Positions 41,230 through 50,205 are shown, counted from the first letter of the stretch. The stretch: DNA of 60,040 nucleotides from Candidatus Aminicenantales bacterium (GCA_049512315.1 JBEKXF010000020.1:1-60040), one strand, 5' to 3'. Notes: generated from the letters alone by a model not told the origin. Numbers and translations: made by a program.

Positions 41230-42133
41230 AAGCCCGGGAAGGCATCTCGGCGCCTTGGTCCTCGCGATGACCGCTTTCGCTGCCGCCTGCGCCACATCCC
41301 AGGCCGTCAAGAGCTTGGACGGCGAGAGCCGGGATTTCCTTTCCAAGGTCCGTTACATCATTACGAAGCAGGAACGGGAACGCCTCCTGGCCATCCCGGC
41401 CGGAGACAGGAAAACGTTTGTGGAAGAGTTCTGGAAAAAGCGCGACCCCAGGCCGGAAACCGAAGTTAACGAATTCAAGGACTAGTACTTCGCCCGCATC
41501 GCCGAAGCGAACCATCCGTTCACCGAAGCCGCCGAGCCCGGCTGGCTCCAGGACCGCGGCCGGGTCTATATCCTGCTCGGCCCGCCCACGAACCGGATCA
41601 CCTACCCCCGAGGGATCACCTTCTACGGCCTGCCGACCGAGATCTGGTCCTACGGGTTCTTCCCGATCGTTTTCACCGACGCGTGGTGGAATGGCGACTA
41701 CAAACTCGACCCGCTGAGCGTCGAACAGCTCTCGATCCTCAACCGGGCCCAGATGGAATGGCAGCCCCAGATCGCGGCCAAGAAGGGGCAGATCGACTTC
41801 CGTGTCAAGGTCAAGAAAAACAAAGCCGGCCGGACTTTGGCCGAGGTCGCCATCCCCTTCCGGGCAATCTGGTTCGATGTCGTAGATAAGATCCTGCGGG
41901 CGACGTTCATCCTGACCCTCGATCTCATGGAGATGGACGGGAAGCAGATCCGGCAATCCCGGACCGAATACCCGCTCGAAATAACGGAAGACAAACTCCG
42001 GGAATCCTATGCCAAGAATCATGTCATCGAGGTTCCGGTCGAGGCGCGAGCGGGCGATTTTTGGCTAAGGCTGACCCTCGAGAACGCCAACGACGGAAGC
42101 AAAGCCTACAAGCGGATCAGACTCTCAATCTGA
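41226..42133 (+). pseudogene. GWxTD-domain lipoprotein gene with an in-frame TAG at 41483-41485 and an out-of-frame coupled ATG at 41226
   Basis: One frame reads ...AFAAAC ATS...VRYIIT...FWKKRDPRPETEVNEFKD*YFARIAEAN...GWLQDRGRVYILLGPP... and continues into the 41753..42133 ORF. Confidence 0.8.
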
Positions 42134-42361
42134 ACGCTTCTTCTGGGTGGGGCGAGCGCACGTCAATTCATTTGATCGGATAGCCGGAGCTCGGACGTCA
42201 TTCCCTTGATTCCGGGAAAATGATATAATGTTCCTTGTTGAGGTCAATGAACGGGACAACCGGGGGAGAGACCCGAGCCTGGAGAGGCATTTTCCCCTCC
42301 TGGATGGGCCCAAAGACATGGATGACATGATCCTTGCTTTCACAATGGTTGGAGGTCATGA

Positions 42362-43333
42362 ATGAACGCCAAAGCCCTTCGAACATTTTCGCTCGGTCTT
42401 CTGGTCATATTCCTTGCCGCCGGCCTGGTTTTTGCCCAAGCGGGACGCGGCACCGCCCGCCTCAGCGGACTCGTCATAGACCAGAATGGCAGGCCCGTCG
42501 AGGGCGCCCAGGTCACCCTGTCTTACGCACAGGGCGCGGGCGGAGCCAAACACGAGGCCAAAACCAGCAAGAAAGGCGAGTGGTCGTTCATGGGCCTGGG
42601 AACGGGTCAATGGGAGCTCGTGGTTGTCATGAAGGGCTATGAACCCTACACCCAGTCGGTCTCGGTCTCCCAGCTCACGCTCAACCCCAAGGTTGAGGCC
42701 AAGCTAAAGAAGGCCAGCGCGGGCACGGGAGGAGTCATCCAGGACGAATCGTCGTTCAGCTTTCTCGATCTGGGGAACCAGCTCTACAAGGACGGGAAAT
42801 ACGATGAGGCCATCGTCCAGTACCAGCTATTCCTGGAGAAAAACCCCCAGGCCTACCAGGTCCAGCTCAACATCGCCGATGCGTACCGGGAGAAGGGCGA
42901 GTTCGATAAAGCAACGGAACTCTACAACAAGCTCATCGAGCTCTCGACGGGCGACCCGACGTTGGGCAAGGAGATGGCGGGAAAAGCCCTGGCCGGCATC
43001 GGCAACATCTATCTCAAGCAGAACAAGCTCGCCGAAGCCCAGGAGTATTTCCGGAAGTCGATCGAACGCTCGCCTAAGGATGAGATCCTGGCCTACAACG
43101 TCGGCGAAATTTATTTCTCCAACCAGAACCTCGATGAGGCTCAGAAGTATTTCGAGCTGGCGACCCAGATCAAGCCGGAGTGGCCCGACCCGTACCTCAA
43201 GATGGGCTACGTGTATCTCAACAAGGCCGACAACGTCAGTGCCGTAAGAATGTTCGAGAAGTTTCTGACGCTCGAGCCCGAAGGCGAACGGGCGGCCCTG
43301 GTCAAGAACATTCTCAACACGATCAAGAAATAA
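42362..43333 (+). CDS. Exported TPR protein with an N-terminal carboxypeptidase-regulatory-like domain
   Basis: Signal peptide, GLVIDQNGRPVEGAQV...KKGEWSFMGL, about five TPRs; RBS GGAGG. Confidence 0.88.
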   Translation: MNAKALRTFSLGLLVIFLAAGLVFAQAGRGTARLSGLVIDQNGRPVEGAQVTLSYAQGAGGAKHEAKTSKKGEWSFMGLGTGQWELVVVMKGYEPYTQSVSVSQLTLNPKVEAKLKKASAGTGGVIQDESSFSFLDLGNQLYKDGKYDEAIVQYQLFLEKNPQAYQVQLNIADAYREKGEFDKATELYNKLIELSTGDPTLGKEMAGKALAGIGNIYLKQNKLAEAQEYFRKSIERSPKDEILAYNVGEIYFSNQNLDEAQKYFELATQIKPEWPDPYLKMGYVYLNKADNVSAVRMFEKFLTLEPEGERAALVKNILNTIKK

Positions 43334-43395
43334 AGCCAGCCGCGCGGCCGTTGGCTGTATCAAATTCCCCGTAAAAAAAGGGCGGACTGCCCTTC

Positions 43396-43642
43396 CCTGG
43401 CGTCCGCCTGCGCCAGCCGAGCGATTCCTCCCTCGTCGGCCGCGACGCCTGGAACGAGCTTCTTTGACCTTCACATGAAGCAGGGCCTTTCCTTCCTGGC
43501 CCAAGGTGACTACGGAAGGGCCGCCGATGAGCTTCGGGCGGCCGGGTTTGCAGAGTGGCAGCGCATCCTCGGGGAAAAAGAATTCGAGAAAGTCCGGGCC
43601 GACTCGAGGGTCAGGAATTTTTTGAAGAGCCAGGCGTCCTGA
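43396..43642 (+). pseudogene. Internally deleted duplicate of the TPR lipoprotein gene (33794-34552)
   Basis: 43396-43544 matches 33835-33983 and 43540-43642 matches 34450-34552. The two parts join at a GGCCG microhomology (471-bp in-frame deletion), and the start is missing. Confidence 0.9.
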
Positions 43643-43655
43643 CGGGAACGGAGAG

Positions 43656-43700
43656 TGGGGTGCCCGAGAGGATTCGAACCCCCGACCTGTGGATCTGGAG
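43656..43700 (-). other. 3' fragment of a tRNA gene (His-like C73-CCA end), probable att scar
   Basis: Minus strand: CTCCAGATCCACAGGTC-GGGGG-TTCGAAT-CCTCT-CGGGCAC-C-CCA. The D-arm and 5' acceptor strand are absent. Confidence 0.8.
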
Positions 43701-43743
43701 TGATCCGTATCCTGACCGTTAAAGCTCCCTTTCTGCCAGGTGT

Positions 43744-43782
43744 CTCTCTATACCTAGACCAGTTTTTTGGGTGGGCAGGTAA
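43744..43782 (+). mobile_element. Degenerate IS3/IS407-type end
   Basis: CTCTCTATACCTAGACCAGTTTTTTGGGTGGGCAGGTAA resembles the ...GGACCA...GCAGGTCA ends elsewhere in the window. Confidence 0.35.
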
Positions 43783-43877
43783 CACGAGTCAACGGCATCG
43801 TAAAGTTTTTTACACAATTACGGGGTAACAGATTACCCAAGAATGAACGGTACGGAGACACGGAGGGAACTAAGACC

Positions 43878-43893
43878 TGGCACCATTTATGCA
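43878..43893 (+). promoter_or_regulatory. Candidate sigma54 promoter for the ABC exporter operon
   Basis: TGGCACCATTTATGCA (GG-N10-GC); upstream palindrome GGGTAA-CAGA-TTACCC at 43823-43838. Confidence 0.55.
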
Positions 43894-43964
43894 TATGGAA
43901 GGGGTAAAAAATAGGGGATTCTTCTATACGCATTAGTTTATCTTCCACTCCTGGCCTAAGGAGC

Positions 43965-44267
43965 ATGGCGACGACCAAGAAAGGCTTCTTTGGGGGATCA
44001 ATTCTTGGACTCGTTTTATTGGCCGCACCACCCGCGAATGTAACTTTCCACGCCCGGAAGCCATATAAAGGAATGACGACCCGTTCGAGAATAGCCGGCA
44101 GAACGGCTCATTTCTTCTTTCGCTTGAAGTCGTTCGCCCGCGGCAATATACTCATGGATAAGCACGGGAAGCTCAATGAAATGCGATTGCGCGGCCGGCC
44201 GAATGCAGATATCCGGCCCATTCCGTTGACCGTCATTCGCTCGGCGCATTTCGGGGTCGAGCCATGA
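43965..44267 (+). CDS. Small basic hypothetical protein with a signal-peptide-like N-terminus (possibly a truncated gene)
   Basis: AAGGAG RBS; ATGA overlap with the ABC ATPase gene; atypical codon usage. Confidence 0.4.
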   Translation: MATTKKGFFGGSILGLVLLAAPPANVTFHARKPYKGMTTRSRIAGRTAHFFFRLKSFARGNILMDKHGKLNEMRLRGRPNADIRPIPLTVIRSAHFGVEP

Positions 44268-44941
44268 TCAAGCTGACGGCTCTGAAAAAATACTATCAGA
44301 TGGGAGAGACGACGGTCCGTGCCCTCGACGGAATCGACCTGCACATCCGGCGGAACGAGTTCGTGGCGGTGATGGGAGCGTCCGGCTCCGGAAAATCGAC
44401 ACTGATGAACATCTTGGGGTGCCTGGACAAGCCGACCGAGGGCTCGTATAGCCTGAACGGGAAAGAAGTCAGCCGTCTCAACGACGATGAGCTATCTTTC
44501 ACCCGGAATAAACACCTGGGATTCGTTTTCCAGAACTTCAATCTTCTTCCCCGTTACTCGGCTCTGAAGAACACGTACCTGCCGCTGAAGTACTCGTCCG
44601 GCCGCACGGAAGTTGGCATGGATAAGGCCGCCCGGATGCTGGAATTGGCGGGGCTCGCCGGGCGCCTGCATCACCGGCCGGCCCAGCTCTCCGGCGGAGA
44701 ATGCCAGCGGGTGGCCATCGCCCGGGCCCTGGTCAACGACCCGGATATCATCCTGGCCGACGAACCGACCGGCAATCTAGATTCCTTGACGGCCCACGAG
44801 ATCATGGCGTTGCTGCGGCAACTGCACCGGAGCGGCCAGACGATCGTCATGGTGACCCACGAAAACGACATGGCCGCCTACGCCGGCCGGATCATCTCCC
44901 TGAAGGACGGGAAGATCATCAATGATTCTGCCAAAGCCTGA
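44264..44941 (+). CDS. ABC transporter ATP-binding protein (MacB/LolD type)
   Basis: [31 protein letters not shown]. Confidence 0.95.
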   Translation: MIKLTALKKYYQMGETTVRALDGIDLHIRRNEFVAVMGASGSGKSTLMNILGCLDKPTEGSYSLNGKEVSRLNDDELSFTRNKHLGFVFQNFNLLPRYSALKNTYLPLKYSSGRTEVGMDKAARMLELAGLAGRLHHRPAQLSGGECQRVAIARALVNDPDIILADEPTGNLDSLTAHEIMALLRQLHRSGQTIVMVTHENDMAAYAGRIISLKDGKIINDSAKA

Positions 44942-46196
44942 ATCGAGACGCCGACGACAAAGGACGGCCGCTCTGGGAGCGATCGTCCTGGCCGGTGTCT
45001 CTCTCTTCCTGACGGGAAATGACCGCTCGCAACTCGATGCCAGCGGGCCGCGGGTAACAAAGGGGAACTTCCGGTCGACGATCCTCCTGACCGGGACACT
45101 GGTGTCTCTCCGGGCGGAGGAATTCAAGGTCCCGATCATCGAAAATTGGCGGGTCCAGATCAAGTGGATGGTGAAAGAGGGCGAATCCGTGAAACCCGGC
45201 GACCCCGTGGTCCGGTTCGACACGGCCAACCTCGCCTCCGATATCGAGACCGCCCAGGACTCGCTGCGAACCAAGCGCGAGGAGAAGGCCCAGAAGGAAG
45301 CCGACTATCAACATCAGAAATTCGAGCTGGACGTGGAAGTCCGGAAGGCCGAAAACGATAACCGGCAGAAGGAGATCGACGCGGCCATTCCCCCCGGACT
45401 CGAAGCCAAATATGAATACGACCGCAAGCAGCTCGATAAGAAGAGAAGCGATTTTTCGCTCGAAAGCGCCCGGACGAACAGGATGGTCAAGCTCGCCGAG
45501 GGCGAAAGCCAGATCAAGACTCTCGAAATCGAAGTCCGGGACCTCGAAGCCAAGCTGGAGAACCTGAAGAACAACCTGAGCGCTCTGACCCTCACCGCAG
45601 ACACCGCGGGCGCGGTGCTCTACGCCGTGGACGAGTGGAGCGGCAGAAAAGTCCAGGTGGGGGACACGGTCTACTCGACCTACGTGGTGGCCCAAATCCC
45701 CGACATGTCCTCGCTCAAAGTCCAGGCCTTGATCAGCGAAACCCACATTCAGCACATCAACATCGGAGAGAGCGTCGACCTCTCTCTGGATGCCTACCCG
45801 GACAAGCACTACCGGGGCGTCATCGGGGAGATCTCGAAGAGCGCCGAGACCGTCCGGCGCTGGGGACGGTCGCACTACTTCAGGGTCCAGATCGAAATGG
45901 AGAAGCTCGACCAGGAGATCATGAGGCCGGGGATGAGCGTCAAGTGCGAGGTCCAGGGCCCCCAATACGACGACGTCCTGCTCGTTCCCCTGGAGATGAC
46001 CCTTTTCGACGGACAGTCCTTCTGGATCCGGCCCGCCCGTGGCGAGCCGCTGAAACTCAAGGCGCTCGGCTTCAATGAGTTTCTGCTGGCGGTCGGCGCC
46101 GGTGAGAATTCGGCCGTCAAGCCGGGCCTGCCGCTTGCGCCGGTCGGAGTCCTGAAGGAAACCCGGGAGACAAAAGCCGATGAAACAAAGAAGTAA
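44922..46196 (+). CDS. Periplasmic adaptor / membrane-fusion protein 1 (HlyD/MacA-like)
   Basis: Lipoyl halves (EGESVKPGD, VQVGD), long coiled coil, MRPGMS. Confidence 0.88.
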   Translation: MILPKPESRRRRQRTAALGAIVLAGVSLFLTGNDRSQLDASGPRVTKGNFRSTILLTGTLVSLRAEEFKVPIIENWRVQIKWMVKEGESVKPGDPVVRFDTANLASDIETAQDSLRTKREEKAQKEADYQHQKFELDVEVRKAENDNRQKEIDAAIPPGLEAKYEYDRKQLDKKRSDFSLESARTNRMVKLAEGESQIKTLEIEVRDLEAKLENLKNNLSALTLTADTAGAVLYAVDEWSGRKVQVGDTVYSTYVVAQIPDMSSLKVQALISETHIQHINIGESVDLSLDAYPDKHYRGVIGEISKSAETVRRWGRSHYFRVQIEMEKLDQEIMRPGMSVKCEVQGPQYDDVLLVPLEMTLFDGQSFWIRPARGEPLKLKALGFNEFLLAVGAGENSAVKPGLPLAPVGVLKETRETKADETKK

Positions 46197-47403
46197 ACGA
46201 CCCGGGCCGGCTCTCTGGACAATCCCGGTTGCGGCCGCGCTCTGCCTCCTCGCCTGCTCCCGCTCCGGCAAGGTCCGCGTGGATAAGGTCGTCAAGGCTC
46301 CCTTCCACATCAAGGTCCACGCCACGGGCCAGCTGCAGTCGGCCGCGTCCTTCTATGTCGGCTGCCCGTCCGTTGAACGAATGTGGCAGTACATCATCTC
46401 CTTCATGGCGCCGGAAGGCAAGGCGGTTAAAGACGGCGACATGATCCTCTCCTTCGATGCCAGGGAACTGACGCAGCGGCTCCAGCTCAAGCAATCGGAA
46501 CTCGACACGGGAATGAAGGAGCTCGAGCGGATGCAGCTGCAGGAGCAACAGACCAAGGAAGACACCGCCCTGCAGCTGGAGGAAGAGAAGGTCAACAAGC
46601 AGAAGGCCGTGCGGAAGGCCGACTATCCCGAGGAATTGATTGCGGCCAACGAGTTCCAGAAAAGAAAAATGGAGCTCGAATTGGCCGACTTGCAGGAGAA
46701 ACTTGCGGAGAGCCGGTTGGCGAACCAGATCTCGGGGATGAAAAGCCGGATCCATATCCAAGAATCCAAGGTCAGGCTGTTGAAGGAAGAGGTGGAGCGG
46801 CTGAAGCGGAACATCCAGAAGATGAACGTCCAGGCTCCCAAGCCGGGGATCGTCGTCTACACGCCCGATTGGGACGGCAAGAAAAAAGCCGTGGGCGACA
46901 GGTGCTGGATGGGCGAGAACATCCTCGAGTTGCCCGATCTCAGCCGGATGCAGATGAAGGCGGTGATCCTCGAAGTCCAGGCCGGCCGGGTCGAGACCGG
47001 CCAAAAGGCGGAGGTCCGCCTCGATTCGAATCCGGACCGGGTGTTCAAAGGCGTCGTCATTTCCCTCGGCCGGGTTTTCCGGGTCAAATCGGATTCCCAG
47101 CCGGCCATCGTATTCGACGCGCTGATCGACCTGTCCGAATCGGACCCGGGACTGATGCGGCCGGGCATGGCGGCAGGTATCGACATCACGATCTCCTCCA
47201 AGGAGAACGTCCTCCAAGTGCCGGAGGCCGCCATCGTCTATCACGAAAACAGGCTGGCAGTCTGGAAGAAAGGCACTTTTTCCGAGGAGCTGACACCGGT
47301 CACCGTCGGGGCCCGGTCTTCTGGGATGGTGGAAATCCTGAGCGGGCTCAAGGAGAACGATGCGATCGTCATCCGGGCCGGAGGCGGGGAGGGCGGGCGA
47401 TGA
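46180..47403 (+). CDS. Periplasmic adaptor / membrane-fusion protein 2, lipoprotein
   Basis: LLAC lipobox, PEGKAVKDGD, APKPGIV, MRPGMA, VPEAAI, SGLKEND. Confidence 0.88.
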   Translation: MKQRSKRPGPALWTIPVAAALCLLACSRSGKVRVDKVVKAPFHIKVHATGQLQSAASFYVGCPSVERMWQYIISFMAPEGKAVKDGDMILSFDARELTQRLQLKQSELDTGMKELERMQLQEQQTKEDTALQLEEEKVNKQKAVRKADYPEELIAANEFQKRKMELELADLQEKLAESRLANQISGMKSRIHIQESKVRLLKEEVERLKRNIQKMNVQAPKPGIVVYTPDWDGKKKAVGDRCWMGENILELPDLSRMQMKAVILEVQAGRVETGQKAEVRLDSNPDRVFKGVVISLGRVFRVKSDSQPAIVFDALIDLSESDPGLMRPGMAAGIDITISSKENVLQVPEAAIVYHENRLAVWKKGTFSEELTPVTVGARSSGMVEILSGLKENDAIVIRAGGGEGGR

Positions 47404-48620
47404 GAGCCAAGCCGCTCATCGGCGCGCTCATCGTGTTCGCGGCCCTCGCCGCCGCGTGCGGCGGGACGAAGAACCCGGCCATGGCCGTCCTGAAGGTTCA
47501 CAAGGGGAACTTCCAGATCGTCCTCCCGGCGTTCGGCGAACTGCAGGCGGCCAACTCCACGCCCATCGTCGTTCCGCCCGAAAGCCAGTTCTTCATCCAG
47601 ACCATCGCCTGGATGGCGCCGGAGTATTCGTCGGTGAAAAAGGGAGAGGTCGTCATCCGGCTGGCCAGCACGGAGTTGAAAGAGCGCCTGCGGGTCGAGG
47701 AAGCCGAAATGGCGAAGCTGGACCTGGAAATCCGGGAAAAAGAGAAGCAGCTCGAGAAGGATAAGAGCGACCTTCACGGCGAGCTCGCGGTGACCTCGGT
47801 CCAGCGCGAACTGGCGGACGTCTACGCGGCCCGGGACGAAAGCATCTTCCCGAAGAACAAGATCATCGAAGACGCCATCGATCTTGATTATCAGAACTTC
47901 CGGGAGCGCCATTTTGAACGAAAAAAGGACCAGCTGGAGAAGCGGATTGCCGCGGAATTGCAACTCCTGCAATCGAAGGCGCGCACCCGCCGGATGCAAA
48001 TCAAACAAATTCAAGATCAGCTGAACAATCTCGAAATCAAGGCTCCTCACGACGGCATGCTGGTCATCGAAAAACAATGGAGCGGGGAGAAGTACCGTGT
48101 CGGAATGAACGCCTTCGGAGGGCAAAAGCTGGGTTCCCTGCCCGATCTGACGCAGATGGAGGCCAAGCTCTTCGTCCTCGAATCCGAAGCCGCGGGCCTC
48201 AAGGAGAACCTCCCGGTCTCCCTCAGCCTCGACTTCGAGCCGGGAAGAACCTTCGCCGGCAAGATCATCGGGATCGACACAATTGCCAAACCGCTGGGAG
48301 AGGAAAGCCCGTTGAAATACTTCGAGACCAAGGTCGCGCTCGATACCACCGATCCGCAACTGATGAAGCCGGGAGTCCAGGTGAAGGCGTCCGTTTTCGT
48401 GGAGAAGCAGGCCGGTGTCCTCGCCGTCCCCAACCAGGCCCTGATGTTCGAGCAGAGCAAGGCCTTTCTCCTCGTGAAGAACTCGGCCAAGGTCGAGAAG
48501 CGGGCGGTTGAAACCGGCGCGCGGAGCCTCACGCTGACGATCATCACCAAAGGCTTGAACGAAGGCGACGCCATTCTCCTCGGCAATCCGGCGCCGGCCC
48601 CAGGGGGGAAATCCTCGTGA
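47400..48620 (+). CDS. Periplasmic adaptor / membrane-fusion protein 3, lipoprotein
   Basis: ATG 47400 (ATGA overlap), LAAAC lipobox, VKKGE, IKAPHDG, MKPG, VPNQAL, GLNEGD. Confidence 0.88.
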   Translation: MRAKPLIGALIVFAALAAACGGTKNPAMAVLKVHKGNFQIVLPAFGELQAANSTPIVVPPESQFFIQTIAWMAPEYSSVKKGEVVIRLASTELKERLRVEEAEMAKLDLEIREKEKQLEKDKSDLHGELAVTSVQRELADVYAARDESIFPKNKIIEDAIDLDYQNFRERHFERKKDQLEKRIAAELQLLQSKARTRRMQIKQIQDQLNNLEIKAPHDGMLVIEKQWSGEKYRVGMNAFGGQKLGSLPDLTQMEAKLFVLESEAAGLKENLPVSLSLDFEPGRTFAGKIIGIDTIAKPLGEESPLKYFETKVALDTTDPQLMKPGVQVKASVFVEKQAGVLAVPNQALMFEQSKAFLLVKNSAKVEKRAVETGARSLTLTIITKGLNEGDAILLGNPAPAPGGKSS

Positions 48621-49852
48621 AGATGAAGTTCGAATTCGCGGAATCGGTGGAATCGCTCCTGCATCACAAGTTGCGCACTCTGCTCACGCTGCTGGGGATG
48701 GTCTTCGGCGTCGGGGCGGTGATCGCCATGCTGAGCATCGGCAGGGGCGCCGAGCGGGAAGCCCTGCAGCTGATCGATACCATGGGCCTGCGCAACATCA
48801 TCGTTAAAGCGAAGACCTTCGAGGAAAGCAAGCTCAAGGAAATTCGGGAAAATTCCCCGGGGCTCACGCTGCAGGACCTCAACGCGGCCCGGGAGACGCT
48901 GCCCTTCCTGAGCAACTCGAGCGCCAGCAAGCAGGTCAAGGTCTATGCCGTCTTCAGTGAGGCCGGCGAGAGCGACGCCGAGGTCTGGGGAGTCACGCCG
49001 ACGCACCTGGACATGGCCAACCTGAGCATGAGCAGGGGGCGGTTCCTGCTCCCTTTCGACGATGTCGTCTACGCCCACGTGTGCGTGATCGGGTCCCGCG
49101 TCGCCCAAGTGCTCTTCCCCGGCCAAGTCGCCATCGGAAAGTCCGTGAAGATCAACCACGTCTGGATGACCGTCGTGGGGGTCCTGAGGGACAAGAGTAT
49201 GATCAAGGACGAATTCCAGGGCATCGCCCTCAAGGGCGAGCAGAACAACATCTACGTTCCCCTGCAGACCGCGCTGATGGTGTTCCGGTTCGGACCCTAT
49301 GAATCGGATATCGACGAATTCCGCGTGCAGCTCAAGACAGAGATGTCGAGCGGCACGGCGGCCGCGACGCTGGCCTACCTGATGAAGCGGCGTCATAAGG
49401 AGATCAACGATTACGAGATGATCGTGCCCGAGGCGCTTCTCGAACAGCACCGGAAGACGCAGAACATCTTCACCATCGTCATGGCCTGCATCGCGGGGAT
49501 CTCGCTCCTCGTGGGCGGGATCGGGATCATGAACATCATGCTGGCCACGGTGCTCGAGCGAACCAGGGAAATCGGGCTGCGCCGGGCCGTGGGCGCCAGG
49601 CAGGTCGACATCCGCAGCCAGTTCATCGCGGAGACGGTTTCCATTTCCGCGATCGGGGGCGTGGCGGGAATCTTCTTCGGGTTCGCCCTGTCCCTGGCCA
49701 TATCCGCGATGACGGGCTGGCCCGTCGGCTGGACGATCACCGCCGTTCTGCTCTCGTTCTTCGTCTGCACCGTCATCGGCCTGGCCTCCGGGGTCTATCC
49801 GGCGCTGAAGGCCTCAAAGCTGGACCCGATCGAGGCGCTGAGGCACGACTGA
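48617..49852 (+). CDS. ABC transporter permease (MacB/FtsX type)
   Basis: KLRTLLTLLGMVFGVGAVIAM, ISLLVGGIGIMNIMLATVLERTREIGLRRAVGA, PALKASKLDPIEALRHD. Confidence 0.95.
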   Translation: MKMKFEFAESVESLLHHKLRTLLTLLGMVFGVGAVIAMLSIGRGAEREALQLIDTMGLRNIIVKAKTFEESKLKEIRENSPGLTLQDLNAARETLPFLSNSSASKQVKVYAVFSEAGESDAEVWGVTPTHLDMANLSMSRGRFLLPFDDVVYAHVCVIGSRVAQVLFPGQVAIGKSVKINHVWMTVVGVLRDKSMIKDEFQGIALKGEQNNIYVPLQTALMVFRFGPYESDIDEFRVQLKTEMSSGTAAATLAYLMKRRHKEINDYEMIVPEALLEQHRKTQNIFTIVMACIAGISLLVGGIGIMNIMLATVLERTREIGLRRAVGARQVDIRSQFIAETVSISAIGGVAGIFFGFALSLAISAMTGWPVGWTITAVLLSFFVCTVIGLASGVYPALKASKLDPIEALRHD

Positions 49853-50154
49853 GGCGGTCCGGCCCAGTTGAGGGCGTCCTTCCAGGCAATCAGGAAAACG
49901 AGGGATGCGGCTGGGCGGACGAGGGACGACCTGAACGAAACCGGACTGGTCCTATTTATTTATCTGCGAACAGAATCATAATCTGCTTTATAAGTTCACC
50001 GCAGAAGGGTGGCGATTTGTCACTTGGGGTTTATGGACACCGGGTCCAAATGTTTCATTAGTATTGAACGCTGAGTCCTTTCCTTATTAATGCCGATAAA
50101 ACGGTAGAACCCTGCCCAAAAAAGTGAATATAAGGAAAACCGTGTAAACTTCGT

Positions 50155-50205
50155 TGGCTTGAAAATCTCACTTCAGAGGTGGTACATTGAGCGGGAGCAG
50201 GTCAA
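50155..50205 (+). repeat. Orphan IS3/IS407-type terminal inverted repeat, copy 2
   Basis: 47/51 nt identical to 1984-2034. Confidence 0.6.

Noticed and set aside
41483..41485. Genome-wide TAG reassignment as the explanation for the in-frame amber codon
   Set aside because: TAG terminates pyk, hemW, pgk and other genes at their expected C-termini, and no pyl genes are in the window.
42230..42361. Riboswitch in the long leader of the TPR gene
   Set aside because: It is purine-rich with short possible stems but has no recognisable aptamer consensus; an Rfam/Infernal scan would be needed.
43656..43730. Functional tRNA-Trp(CCA)
   Set aside because: There is no D-arm, 5' acceptor strand or 5' anticodon-stem partner, and the C73 discriminator does not fit Trp; it is only a fragment.
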